From Gammaproteobacteria bacterium (GTDB lineage: Bacteria; Pseudomonadota; Gammaproteobacteria; Steroidobacterales; JABDLF01), in the NCBI GenBank assembly GCA_013003115.1, contig JABDLF010000058.1, positions 3,716 to 67,715 on the forward strand: a DNA stretch of 64,000 nucleotides. The letters are read 5' to 3'. This document shows positions 41,107 to 52,102 of this stretch, one piece after another. Every line of letters starts with the position of its first letter. Position 1 is the first letter of the stretch. Below the pieces are notes generated by a model. The model did not search any database. It saw only the letters and a list, made by a program, of their open reading frames with translations, and was not told the DNA's origin. The position numbers were made by a program, and so were the translations under genes.

Positions 41107-42279
41107 ATGAAAAAGAATTTTGTTGCTGGTCTGCTACTGGCCGGTGTTGCTTTTGCCGGTATCGCGCAGGCGGCCGATGATGACCGCTGGTACGTCGCGC
41201 CGATGATTTCTGGCATCGACGGCAGCACCAAGCGCAATGTGGATGACGGCCCTGCAGGCGCCTACGTGGCATTTGGCAAGGCTATCTCCGATGGTTGGAC
41301 ACTCGAACTGACAGGCTCGGGCATGACCATGGACGGATTTGACCCCAATGATCAGTGGGGATTGGAAATCGACTTCCTGCGCGCAATGAAGCTGGACGGC
41401 CGTTTTACCCCTTACGCATTGTTTGGCGCGGGCTATCTCAAGACTCAGCGCGAGCTTGGCAAGGATCTCGACACCGGCAATCTCATGACCTCGTTCGGCA
41501 TCGGCGTACTGACACAGCTCAGCCAAAACTCTGACGTGCGGCTGCGCTCGGAAGTCCGCTATCGCAGCGACCTGGGCAGCCCGACGCTCAACGACGTCAT
41601 ATTCAACATCGGCGTGCAGGCCCCTATCGGCGCCGCAGCGCCTCCGCCTCCGCCTCCGGCCCCTGCGGACAGCGATGGCGACGGCGTGCCTGATGATATG
41701 GACAAGTGCCCGGGCACCCCACGCGGGTCCCGCGTTGACAGCATGGGCTGTGAGCGTGACAGCGACGGCGACGGTGTAGCCGATGGCCGTGATCGCTGCC
41801 CCGGAACACCTGCTGGCACCAAGGTCGACGCACGCGGCTGTGAACTTGACAGCGACGGCGACGGCGTAGCCAACAGCAAAGACAAATGCCCGAACACCAA
41901 GGCTGGCGTTCGAGTTGATGTCAACGGCTGCGTGATCAAAGACGTCATCAAGCTGCCTGGTGTCAACTTCGAGCTTAATTCAGCACGCCTGACGGAAGGT
42001 TCAATTCGTGTTCTTGACGATGCTGCAGCAACGCTTAAGAAGCACTCCGACATTAAGGTCGAGGTAGCCGGTCACACTGACTCAACGGGTGACGCTGGTT
42101 ACAACCAGAGCCTCTCGCAGCGTCGCGCCGAAAGCGTAATGCGCTTCCTCGTGACCAAGGGCGTAGACGCGGGTCGTCTGAACGCGAAGGGTTATGGAGA
42201 ATCCAAGCCGATCGCAGACAACGGCACGAAAGACGGACGGAAGATGAACCGCCGTGTAGAGTTGCGCATTCTGGACTGA
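41107..42279 (+). CDS. OmpA/OprF-family outer membrane protein with thrombospondin type 3-like repeats
   Basis: Signal peptide, beta-barrel, poly-Pro hinge, 3x DSDGDGV..D.CP, VAGHTD, LSQRRA, NRRVEL. Confidence 0.93.
   Translation: MKKNFVAGLLLAGVAFAGIAQAADDDRWYVAPMISGIDGSTKRNVDDGPAGAYVAFGKAISDGWTLELTGSGMTMDGFDPNDQWGLEIDFLRAMKLDGRFTPYALFGAGYLKTQRELGKDLDTGNLMTSFGIGVLTQLSQNSDVRLRSEVRYRSDLGSPTLNDVIFNIGVQAPIGAAAPPPPPPAPADSDGDGVPDDMDKCPGTPRGSRVDSMGCERDSDGDGVADGRDRCPGTPAGTKVDARGCELDSDGDGVANSKDKCPNTKAGVRVDVNGCVIKDVIKLPGVNFELNSARLTEGSIRVLDDAAATLKKHSDIKVEVAGHTDSTGDAGYNQSLSQRRAESVMRFLVTKGVDAGRLNAKGYGESKPIADNGTKDGRKMNRRVELRILD
41668..41931 (+). repeat. Three 90-bp coding repeats (Ca-binding DSDGDGV-CP-VD-GC units)
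   Basis: gacagcga(t/c)ggcgacgg recurs at 41668, 41758 and 41848. Confidence 0.85.
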
Positions 42280-42300
42280 TCGCAGCTTCTCTTAAGAATA

Positions 42301-42331
42301 AAGGCCCGGCGGTAAAACGCCGGGCTTTTTT
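42301..42331 (+). terminator. Rho-independent terminator, probably bidirectional
   Basis: GCCCGGCG-gtaaaa-CGCCGGGC followed by T6, between convergent genes. Confidence 0.88.
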
Positions 42332-42394
42332 ATGTCCGCAATTACCCTGCTACCTCCGGGTCATCAGGACGCAGCGTCAGATCAACAGGGATGG

Positions 42395-43837
42395 TTAAAG
42401 GCCGAAGAGACTGCTTATGGATCGCGCGATCTGTCCAGCCCTGCTCATGAAGTCGTCTGCGTCAGAGCTGTGCGCCGACTCCATCGCGGCCTGGGTCTTC
42501 ATCACGCGCTTGGCCATTATCTTGCCAAGCTGCTCGGCAATTTCAGGACGAGCGCGAACGATAGGTTCGAATGCTTCGCGTTGAAGCTGCAGAACATACG
42601 CGTCTGTGAGAGCTCTTACCGTTGCGCCCCGCGGCTCGCCGGTGAGAAACGACATTTCCCCGAGTGCCTGACCGGGTTTGATGGTCCCGATTCTTTCCTC
42701 GCGCTGGTTATTAGAATTTGTCGATGCCTCGAGGGTGCCTTCTACAAGAACAAACAGGGAATTGCCCGGCTCGCCCTCCGTTACAATGACTTCTCCCGGC
42801 TTGAACTCCCTTTCTATCGTGTCTGCCGCGAGAGCGTCGAGTTCACCTTCATTCAGCGCATCAAGCCACGGTATCCGGGCAAGCAGACGACGTGCGCTGA
42901 GGCGCACTTCCCTGCGCCTCGGTCGCTCGCGCGTTAAGAAGATTTCCTGCTGGCCGTATGGAATCGGGATCCCCGCCTGTTGCAGATGGTGCAGGACATT
43001 GCGCGCCACCACATCAATAGCATTGGCGCGATCAGCGTAGCCGTGCAGAAAAAAGCGCAGCTCATAGCAGACGCCTCGCTCTCCAAAACTTTTAATCTTC
43101 ACCGAATGCGGTGCATGCTCAACCAGGCCCTTGCTCGCCAGCATTGCCGCCAGCAAAATGTTCTCTGCGCGCCGCGGATCGGTTGTGAAATTCAGAATCA
43201 ATTCCATTGACTCGCGATACTGAGACGTTGGCAAGCTGTAGTTGATGAACTGGCGGCTGGCCAGATTGCTATTGGGGATGATCACAACTTTGTTTGATTG
43301 GGTGACCAGTCGCGTTGAGCGCCAGTTGAGCTCGGTCACGCGCCCGACGAGCCCGGGCTCAAGCTCCAGATAGTCCCCGATTCGATAGGGACGCTCGGTG
43401 TTCATGGCGATGCCAGAGAAAAAATCGGCGATCATTTCCCTGATAGCAAAACCAATGATGATCGTCACAACGCCGGACGTCGCAATGAGTCCCGTTACCG
43501 GGCGATCAAAGACGTAGCGGACCATACCAAAAACGGTCAGCACAAAGACGATGGCGCCAACGCTGTTGGCCAGAATTCGCGGTGCCGGGGAACCGCCACG
43601 CCCGCCCATGATCGGGTTGAGCAACAGGCTGTTAATCAGCCGGGTCGTCAGCCACGCACCCGACAGCCAGATCAGCGAGCGAAGAAAATAAACCAGGACT
43701 TTCGCCGAGTTAACGCCCAGCTCGGCTGCAAGCGGTTCGACAAACCTGTCCGAATAAGCGTTGACAACCAGCACCAGCGTAAACAGCAGCAGTGGCGGTG
43801 CGAGTTGGCTCAATAATGAAGAAGCGCGTTCAGGCAA
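42395..43837 (-). CDS. MscS-family channel with C-terminal cyclic nucleotide-binding domain
   Basis: FFSGI...ERPYRIGD, NWRSTRL, IPNS; LGEMSFLTGEPRGATV cNMP cassette. Confidence 0.9.
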   Translation of the reverse strand: MPERASSLLSQLAPPLLLFTLVLVVNAYSDRFVEPLAAELGVNSAKVLVYFLRSLIWLSGAWLTTRLINSLLLNPIMGGRGGSPAPRILANSVGAIVFVLTVFGMVRYVFDRPVTGLIATSGVVTIIIGFAIREMIADFFSGIAMNTERPYRIGDYLELEPGLVGRVTELNWRSTRLVTQSNKVVIIPNSNLASRQFINYSLPTSQYRESMELILNFTTDPRRAENILLAAMLASKGLVEHAPHSVKIKSFGERGVCYELRFFLHGYADRANAIDVVARNVLHHLQQAGIPIPYGQQEIFLTRERPRRREVRLSARRLLARIPWLDALNEGELDALAADTIEREFKPGEVIVTEGEPGNSLFVLVEGTLEASTNSNNQREERIGTIKPGQALGEMSFLTGEPRGATVRALTDAYVLQLQREAFEPIVRARPEIAEQLGKIMAKRVMKTQAAMESAHSSDADDFMSRAGQIARSISSLFGL

Positions 43838-43912
43838 AATAGTGACCGCTCAAATGCCCCGTCGGGGATGCGCATACGGTGTCATAACCACCGCAGCGGC
43901 GCAAGCAGTTAC

Positions 43913-45979
43913 CTACCACATTTCGGTGAGCTTGCTGCCAACGTCCAGCACCTTGTCACCTGAAGTTGCTTGCTCGCTTTGCTCGCCCGCGACCGGCCAG
44001 CTAAGGCGCTCACAGCAGGCCAGAACTGCATCGTCCATAAAGCGGCTGCGAGCACCGTAGACGTGGCCATCACCGTGACGCGCCTGCTGCGGTACGTAAT
44101 ATCGTAGCGGTGCCAAAAGATGCAGATCTTTTTTCGCCCTTGTCATTGCGACATACAGCAGGCGGCGCTCCTCTTCGATAAGCTCGGCATCACCGGTGGC
44201 GAACTCTGACGGGAAATTTCCATCAGCTACGTTCAGCACGAAAACCGAGTCCCATTCCTGGCCTTTCGCTGAGTGCACCGTCGACAGCACCAGGTAGTCG
44301 TCATCAAGCAGCGGCGAACCCGCCAGGTCGCCGGCAGCAGCCGGTGGATCGAGGGTAAGCTCGGTCAGAAACCGCTCCCGGCTGGCGAACTGACCGGCAA
44401 TTTGCTGTAGCTGATCGATGTCGCCCGCGCGAGCCTGAGCAGAGTCATACAGAACCTCTATCTGTGGTCGGTACCAGCTGGCCGCCAGATCCATGCTCTC
44501 TGGCCAGCTGTCCGCTTTTGCAGCAAGCTGGAACATGAGAGCCGCCAGCGCAAACCATTCGTCGCGGGCGCCCGCCGGCGCTCTGAACTGCGAAAGCGCA
44601 TCAACTTGCCAATGGGCTGCACCGAGAAACTCATGGGCTCTTGCGGCGGTGCGCGGCCCACAGCCACTTATGAGCTGCACAACACGAAACATTGCCATTC
44701 GGTCGCGCGGATTCTCGGCCCACCGAAGCAGCGCCAGCAGATCCTTGACGTGCGCGGCTTCGAGGAACTTGAGCCCACCATATTTCACGTATGGAATGTT
44801 GGCGCGCATCAGCTCAAGCTCAAGCCGGTCGCTGTGATGTGCGCTGCGGAACAAGACGGCTTGTTGCCGCAGCAGCTGGCCCCTTTCGCGGGCCTCGATC
44901 ACGGCGCTCATAACATAGTCGGCCTGTGCCTCGTCATCGGCAACGGTGGCATAGCGCGGCCGGGCGCCACCGCTGCGCACCGCTCTCAGTTTTTTGTCGT
45001 ATTGCCGACTGCCGGACGCCATCAGCGCGTTCGCGGTATCGAGCACCGGCTGAACCGAACGATAGTTTTCCTCCAGTGAAACGACCGTGGCGGGCGGGTC
45101 GAACTGCGCCGGAAACGCCAGAATGTTTTCGACGCTGGCCGCACGAAAAGAATAGATGGACTGGGCATCGTCACCAACGACTGTAAGGCCTGAACCGTCA
45201 GGCCGGATACGCAGAAGAATCTCTGCCTGCAGCCGATTGGTATCCTGGTACTCGTCAACAAGGATGTGATCGAAGCGCTCGCTGATCGAGCCGGCAAGCG
45301 CCGCGTCGTTCATCAATAGTCGCCAGCAAAGCAGCAGGTCGTCATAGTCGAGAACGTTGGCGGACTGCTTGGCCGCCACATATCCGCGAAACAAGCTGCG
45401 CAGCTCGGCTGACCATTCAGCACACCAGGGAAAACTCTTTTCCAGAACGTCCTCGAGCTCGCCCCGCGTATTAACGGTTCTTGAATAGATATCAGAGCAA
45501 CAGTTTTTTTTGGGGAAGCGACGCCGCCCCCTCGCCAACCGGAGATCCTGCCGAATCATGTCCATGAGATCGGCGGAGTCTGATCGATCCATCACCGTGA
45601 AATCCGCGTGCAGCCCAATGCGGCGGGCGTACTGCCTGAGAAGCCGATTGGCTATGGAGTGAAAGGTGCCACTCCAGCTGAGCCTGTGATTGCCGGGCAC
45701 AACGGTTGCGGCAATCCGGACCGCCCGGCGAGTCATCTCCCGGGCAGCGCGCCTTGAAAACGTGAGCAGCAGTATGCGGTCAGGGTGAACGCCGCAGGCC
45801 AGCAGGTGGGCGACCCGGTAGGCGAGCGTGTTGGTTTTGCCGGTGCCCGCTCCCGCAATAATCAGGATGGGACCTGCTGCCGACGGCGAGTCGGGCTCGA
45901 CGCCACAGGAGGCCGCAAGCCGCTGATTCGCATTCAGCGGTGCCAGATAGTCAGCGGCGGCCTTGTTACCGGAGAGCAT
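43913..45979 (-). CDS. UvrD/Rep-family ATP-dependent helicase
   Basis: AGAGTGKT, LVDEYQD, VGDDAQSIYSFR, ENYRS, STVHSAKGQEW, EERRLLYVAMTRA; start moved to ATG 45979. Confidence 0.93.
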   Translation of the reverse strand: MLSGNKAAADYLAPLNANQRLAASCGVEPDSPSAAGPILIIAGAGTGKTNTLAYRVAHLLACGVHPDRILLLTFSRRAAREMTRRAVRIAATVVPGNHRLSWSGTFHSIANRLLRQYARRIGLHADFTVMDRSDSADLMDMIRQDLRLARGRRRFPKKNCCSDIYSRTVNTRGELEDVLEKSFPWCAEWSAELRSLFRGYVAAKQSANVLDYDDLLLCWRLLMNDAALAGSISERFDHILVDEYQDTNRLQAEILLRIRPDGSGLTVVGDDAQSIYSFRAASVENILAFPAQFDPPATVVSLEENYRSVQPVLDTANALMASGSRQYDKKLRAVRSGGARPRYATVADDEAQADYVMSAVIEARERGQLLRQQAVLFRSAHHSDRLELELMRANIPYVKYGGLKFLEAAHVKDLLALLRWAENPRDRMAMFRVVQLISGCGPRTAARAHEFLGAAHWQVDALSQFRAPAGARDEWFALAALMFQLAAKADSWPESMDLAASWYRPQIEVLYDSAQARAGDIDQLQQIAGQFASRERFLTELTLDPPAAAGDLAGSPLLDDDYLVLSTVHSAKGQEWDSVFVLNVADGNFPSEFATGDAELIEEERRLLYVAMTRAKKDLHLLAPLRYYVPQQARHGDGHVYGARSRFMDDAVLACCERLSWPVAGEQSEQATSGDKVLDVGSKLTEMW

Positions 45980-45981
45980 GA

Positions 45982-46019
45982 TACTGTGAATATATACAAT
46001 ATTATGTATGCCTGTACAG
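45982..46019. promoter_or_regulatory. Two tandem LexA (SOS) boxes
   Basis: taCTGT-gaatatat-ACAAta (45982-46001) and ATGT-atgcctgt-ACAG (46004-46019), each one mismatch from CTGT-N8-ACAG. Confidence 0.7.
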
Positions 46020-46091
46020 GTTTCGGCCACGCAGGTTTCCATTAGCCGTTTCCGGTATGTTAGGCGACCTTGCCGCCGCGTGGAGCGAGTC

Positions 46092-47345
46092 TTGGTCCCG
46101 GAAAATCCAGTAATAACCAACGATGCCGTGCTGCTGGGCCTGCTCATGCTCACTCTCGGGGCCGTTTTTACGATTTACAGCAGCAATCGACCGGCTGTGC
46201 AGAAATTCTGCAAGTTCGTCCCAGCCCTGCTGCTTTGCTATTTCATCCCCTCTCTTTACAACAGCTTTAACCTCATCGACGCGGAGAACTCCAAGCTCTA
46301 CTTCGTCGCGTCCCGCTATCTTTTGCCGGCCTGCCTGGTGCTTCTCACCCTCAGTATTGACCTGCCCTCTGTGCTCAAACTCGGCTACAAAGCGATAGTG
46401 ATGTTCCTCACCGGGACCGTTGGCATTCTCATCGGCGGGCCCCTCGCTATCCTGGCGGTCAGCGCCATCAGCCCTGAAATTGTTGGTGGTAGCGGACCCG
46501 ATGCGGTGTGGAGAGGATTGACCACCGTTGCCGGCTCATGGATCGGGGGCGGTGCCAATCAGGCAGCGATGAAGGAAGTTTTTGATGTCAGCGACGCTTT
46601 GTTTTCTCAAATGGTTGCGGTTGATGTGATCTGGGCGAACATCTGGCTGGCTCTGCTCCTGCTCGCTGCCGGACAGGCCGCGCGAATCGACGCCTGGATG
46701 CGCGCGGATACGCGCGCCATCGAGGATCTCAAACGGCGGGTCGAAGCTTTTCATGATGAACACGCGAAGCTCCTCGATTTTCCTGACCTCATCAAAATGT
46801 GCGCGCTGGCATTCGGCATAACTGGCCTGGCACACGCGCTGGCAGGTGCCATCGTGCCGTGGATAAGAGATGCAGCGCCGGTCCTTGAAAGGCTCAGCCT
46901 CACCAGCGAATTCTTCTGGATTGTGGTTATTTCGACCACCGGCGGTCTTGTGCTTTCTTTCACGCGCGCGCGGCAACTGGAGGGTGCGGGCGCATCCACC
47001 GTTGGCTCCGGGTTCCTCTACGTCCTCATTGCAACCATCGGAATGAAAATGGACGTTATGGCGATCTTCGACAATCCCGGCCTGTTTCTGGTTGGCGGAA
47101 TCTGGATCGGCATCCACGCCGCGGCACTTTTATTAATGGCAAGACTGCTTCGCGCGCCGGTCTTTTACCTTGCAGTGGGCAGTCAGGCTAACGTGGGTGG
47201 CGCCGCTTCGGCGCCCGTGGTTGCCAGCGCCTTTCACCCCTCGCTGGCACCGGTTGGCGTGCTTCTCGCGGTCCTCGGATACGCGATTGGCACCTATGCC
47301 GCATGGATCTGTGGTCAACTGATGCGGCTGGCCGCACCCGCCTAA
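46092..47345 (+). CDS. DUF819 family membrane protein
   Basis: AGSWIGGGANQAAM, GSQANVGGAASAPVVA; TTG start 46092 after GGAG. Confidence 0.88.
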   Translation: MVPENPVITNDAVLLGLLMLTLGAVFTIYSSNRPAVQKFCKFVPALLLCYFIPSLYNSFNLIDAENSKLYFVASRYLLPACLVLLTLSIDLPSVLKLGYKAIVMFLTGTVGILIGGPLAILAVSAISPEIVGGSGPDAVWRGLTTVAGSWIGGGANQAAMKEVFDVSDALFSQMVAVDVIWANIWLALLLLAAGQAARIDAWMRADTRAIEDLKRRVEAFHDEHAKLLDFPDLIKMCALAFGITGLAHALAGAIVPWIRDAAPVLERLSLTSEFFWIVVISTTGGLVLSFTRARQLEGAGASTVGSGFLYVLIATIGMKMDVMAIFDNPGLFLVGGIWIGIHAAALLLMARLLRAPVFYLAVGSQANVGGAASAPVVASAFHPSLAPVGVLLAVLGYAIGTYAAWICGQLMRLAAPA

Positions 47346-47373
47346 AAAACAGGCCGGACCCGAAGGCCCGGCC
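47344..47373 (-). terminator. Rho-independent terminator
   Basis: GGCCGGGCC-UUCG-GGUCCGGCC-UGUUUUUU on the minus strand. Confidence 0.85.
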
Positions 47374-47438
47374 AAATAAGATCAGAAACGCCTTTCCCTG
47401 GCATACGGGGGGTGCCGCCACGTCCCTGTGACGGGCGC
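47344..47438 (-). ncRNA. Putative Csr/Rsm-family small RNA
   Basis: Hairpins CCGUCAC-AGGGAC-GUGGCGG and AUGCC-AGGGAAA-GGCGU, then a GC stem with U-tract; -10 CATTAT at 47449-47444. Confidence 0.65.
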
Positions 47439-47472
47439 TTTTGATAATGGCGGCAAGTAACGCCGGCCACCA

Positions 47473-47488
47473 TACGTGTTGGCACGTA
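47473..47488. promoter_or_regulatory. Perfect inverted repeat, candidate response-regulator site
   Basis: TACGTG-ttgg-CACGTA centred about 43 bp upstream of the inferred sRNA start. Confidence 0.55.
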
Positions 47489-47521
47489 CCTGATCGTCTA
47501 CAAAAGCAAACAACATAAAAA

Positions 47522-48157
47522 TCAACTGTTTGGGGGCGCGCCTATTTCGTGAACACCACAGCGAACCGCCATGGCCACCAGCTCCGGCAGTGATTGCGCT
47601 GACATCTTCTCCATCATTCGTGTTCGATGCAGCTCTACGGTGCGATAGCTGATTTCGAGAAGCCTGGCGATTTCCTTATTCTGACGACCCGCAACCACGT
47701 GCAAAAGCACCTCGCGCTCCCGTGGCGTCAGGCGGTCAAAGCGCTGCAACAGCTTCTTGCGCTCCTGCTCACTCGCCCGACGGCGATGAGAAATCTCCAA
47801 CGCTTCCTGCACACGCCGAAGCAGCGTCTCACGCGAAAATGGCTTCTCAAGAAAATCCAGTGCACCGCCCTTGATGGCGCGTACTGAAACGGGAACATCT
47901 CCGTGCCCGGAAACAAACACGACGGGCACTTTCGATTTGACAGAATTCAAATGCTCCTGCAGCTCCAGCCCGCTCTTCCCCGGCATGCGTATATCCAGAA
48001 TCAGGCATGCCGTTTCTTCTGGCACATACTCTTCGAGAAACTCTTCCGCCGTCGCAAACGCCTTTACGGGATAACCGGCGGTGTTCAGCATCATCAGCAT
48101 TGAATCGCGCACGGCGCGATCATCATCGACTACGCAAACAAAGCGAGTATCAGGCAT
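47522..48157 (-). CDS. FixJ/TtrR-type response regulator (REC plus LuxR HTH)
   Basis: VVDDD, LDIRMPGKSG, SGHGD, FLEKP, LTPREREVL, RTVELHR. Confidence 0.93.
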   Translation of the reverse strand: MPDTRFVCVVDDDRAVRDSMLMMLNTAGYPVKAFATAEEFLEEYVPEETACLILDIRMPGKSGLELQEHLNSVKSKVPVVFVSGHGDVPVSVRAIKGGALDFLEKPFSRETLLRRVQEALEISHRRRASEQERKKLLQRFDRLTPREREVLLHVVAGRQNKEIARLLEISYRTVELHRTRMMEKMSAQSLPELVAMAVRCGVHEIGAPPNS

Positions 48158-49820
48158 CCGCAGTGCCCTCTGCCAGCGGAAGTCTGATTTCGAAACATGC
48201 GCCGCTGCCCGTATTTTTAACCGCGCTTAGCGAGCCTCCATGAGCTTCGAGAATTGAACGGCTGATCGACAACCCCAGACCCATTCCATAGGGCTTGCTG
48301 GTTTCGAAAGGCTCAAAAATCGATGCTGCTGAGTCAGGCTTCAGGCCTGGCCCGGTATCGGCCACGCTGATTTCGACGCTATGCGCACCCGGGCTGGCTG
48401 CACGTATGGTAATCAGACGCTCATCGGAGTGCTCGTTGTCTTCGATTGCTTCAATCGCGTTGCGCAACAAGTTAAACAGCACCTGCTGAATCTGGATTCG
48501 ACAGACTTCGATAGCCGGTAAACGTTCGGCGCACTCGTCTGCAATGCGGATTTTGCGGGCGCGCGCATCGTGCGCCACCAGCCCTACCGTTTCCTCGATC
48601 AGCTGCTTCAGGTCTACGACGGTCCGGGTTGTGTCGCCCTTGCGAACAAACTCGCGTAGCCTGCGAATTATCTCGCCTGCCCGCTGCGCCTGCGCGGCCG
48701 CACCACGAAGGGCACGCTCCAGAATTTCGTCATCGCGTGCGTCCGCGAATAACTCTGAGATGCCGGTTTCACAGTAGTTGCTAATGGCGGCCAGCGGTTG
48801 GTTGATCTCGTGCGCGACGCTGGACGCCATTTCACCCATGGCGACAAGGCGTGCCTCATGTGCGATGTTGTCGCGCTTGGCGCGCCCGGCTATCGCCGCT
48901 TCGCGCCTCTCGATGGCCAGTCCAAACAGGCTGGCAACTGTTCTTAGCGCCTCGGTCTCGGCAACCCCCCAGTCCCGCGGACCGCTGCACTCATCGAATC
49001 CCATGCAACCCCACCACTTGCTGCCGGTAAAAATCGGCACCACCGCTATCGCAGCAATAGACTGGGACTCAAGCAGATCGCGCTCCGACGCGGGAAAGTC
49101 CCTGACCTGGCCCGCAACGAGACGACCGCGGCTCAGCAGTTTCAGCCAGCGACCGTAACCTGCCTGCTCCATTGGGAGATCCTGCAGTTCCTCGTTGTCA
49201 ATCTGGGGTTCTATTTCAGGCGCCACCCACTCGAAGCGCTGGCTGAAAAGCAGCGACTCCTCGCTGTCATAATGCGCCTCAAATATGTAGACGCGACTGA
49301 CGCCGGTAGCCTCGCCCAGGTCTCTCAAAAGCTGGTTGCAGCTGTCGTCCCAGTCATCGTCCGCGAGATAGCGCGCTGCCGCAGTGCTGATGGTTTGCAA
49401 AATGGCATCGCGGCTTACCATCGCATCCTCTTGCTCGCTCTCTCTGCGAATATCCCGCAGCGCGATGACTGCCAGCTGACCCCCTTCAGACTGCCACAGC
49501 CGCCCAAACAACACGCGCGAGCTTATCCTCGGATCTGTGCCTTCGAATACCGGATCAAGCCGCATAGAATTTTTTTTCTGCAATGTGGAAAAAAATGCCG
49601 GCCAGTCTGCAACCCGAGGATCGACGTTTCTCACGTGCCGGCCAATGAGCTTTTCGCGCGGGCGGCTCAGCACGTTAGCTGCGCTCAGGTTAGTACCGAC
49701 AATACGGCCTTCGGGGCTTACGCAATATACGGGATACTCGCAGAGGTCCAGAACCGAGCACAGCTGCGTGATCTCCCCGCCCACTGCTTTTTCTGATGTG
49801 GAATTCTCTTGCTCGGCCAA
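48150..49820 (-). CDS. Soluble PAS-GAF sensor histidine kinase (FixL/TtrS-like kinase core)
   Basis: MASSVAHEINQPL, QVLFNLLRNA, DTGPG, GMGLGLSISRS; no TM helix; TTG start 49820. Confidence 0.92.
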   Translation of the reverse strand: MAEQENSTSEKAVGGEITQLCSVLDLCEYPVYCVSPEGRIVGTNLSAANVLSRPREKLIGRHVRNVDPRVADWPAFFSTLQKKNSMRLDPVFEGTDPRISSRVLFGRLWQSEGGQLAVIALRDIRRESEQEDAMVSRDAILQTISTAAARYLADDDWDDSCNQLLRDLGEATGVSRVYIFEAHYDSEESLLFSQRFEWVAPEIEPQIDNEELQDLPMEQAGYGRWLKLLSRGRLVAGQVRDFPASERDLLESQSIAAIAVVPIFTGSKWWGCMGFDECSGPRDWGVAETEALRTVASLFGLAIERREAAIAGRAKRDNIAHEARLVAMGEMASSVAHEINQPLAAISNYCETGISELFADARDDEILERALRGAAAQAQRAGEIIRRLREFVRKGDTTRTVVDLKQLIEETVGLVAHDARARKIRIADECAERLPAIEVCRIQIQQVLFNLLRNAIEAIEDNEHSDERLITIRAASPGAHSVEISVADTGPGLKPDSAASIFEPFETSKPYGMGLGLSISRSILEAHGGSLSAVKNTGSGACFEIRLPLAEGTADA

Positions 49821-49893
49821 AATACCCCCCGGGAATTTTTCACGATGATAACAGCAGGCTCCCTGCCTCGCCCGGCACACGCTTCATAAAACG

Positions 49894-49923
49894 AAAAACC
49901 CCCGCCGCGGACGCGGCGAGGGT
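49894..49923 (-). terminator. groEL Rho-independent terminator
   Basis: ACCCUCGCCGCG/CGCGGCGGGGGU stem followed by a U-tract on the minus strand. Confidence 0.8.
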
Positions 49924-49953
49924 CTTGTTTTGCAATTGCAGGTTGCCGGCGGA

Positions 49954-51600
<1,647 letters not shown>

Positions 51601-51625
51601 TTAACTTGAATGATATTCGCGCTGA

Positions 51626-51916
51626 TCAGGCATCAATAACTGCCATGACGTCGTCTTCGCGCATCACCAGATATTCTTCACCATCGATTTTGACCTCGGT
51701 GCCCGAATACTTCCCGAACAGGATCTTGTCACCGTTCTTGATATCCAGCGGCCGAACTTCGCCGCCCTCGAGCAGCTTGCCCTTGCCAACGGCAACCACC
51801 TCGCCGCGTATCGGTTTTTCAGTTGCGGTATCGGGAATCACTATGCCGCCGGCTGAAGTGGTCTCAGCTTCTAGTCTTTTAACCAGCACCCGGTCGTGCA
51901 ACGGACGAATCTTCAT
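51626..51916 (-). CDS. groS: Co-chaperonin GroES
   Basis: [25 protein letters not shown]; ATG 51916 after AGGAGGAG. Confidence 0.99.
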   Translation of the reverse strand: MKIRPLHDRVLVKRLEAETTSAGGIVIPDTATEKPIRGEVVAVGKGKLLEGGEVRPLDIKNGDKILFGKYSGTEVKIDGEEYLVMREDDVMAVIDA

Positions 51917-52057
51917 GGAATCTCCTCCTGGCAAAATTGTCAACTATCTGAAATATCGACTTTTTTTCGCCACCTAGTCAACACTATGCAGCGTGCCCTG
52001 CGACCCTGGCGGGCCGCTTGGGCGCGACGTGCCGGTCTCAATTCAGGGCGTGGCGAT

Positions 52058-52087
52058 TAGATGGTGGCGGGCCACCAGGTTTTCAAG
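52058..52087 (-). promoter_or_regulatory. Sigma32 (RpoH) heat-shock promoter of groESL
   Basis: CTTGAA-N15-CACCATCTA on the minus strand, preceded by a C-run. Confidence 0.8.
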
Positions 52088-52102
52088 GGGGGGCCAGGCT
52101 GA

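Noticed and set aside
41668-41931. Periodic repeats as a CRISPR array
   Set aside because: In-frame 90-bp coding repeats with similar intervening sequence; no cas genes
51917-52102. CIRCE element upstream of groES
   Set aside because: No TTAGCACTC-N9-GAGTGCTAA; a sigma32 promoter explains the region
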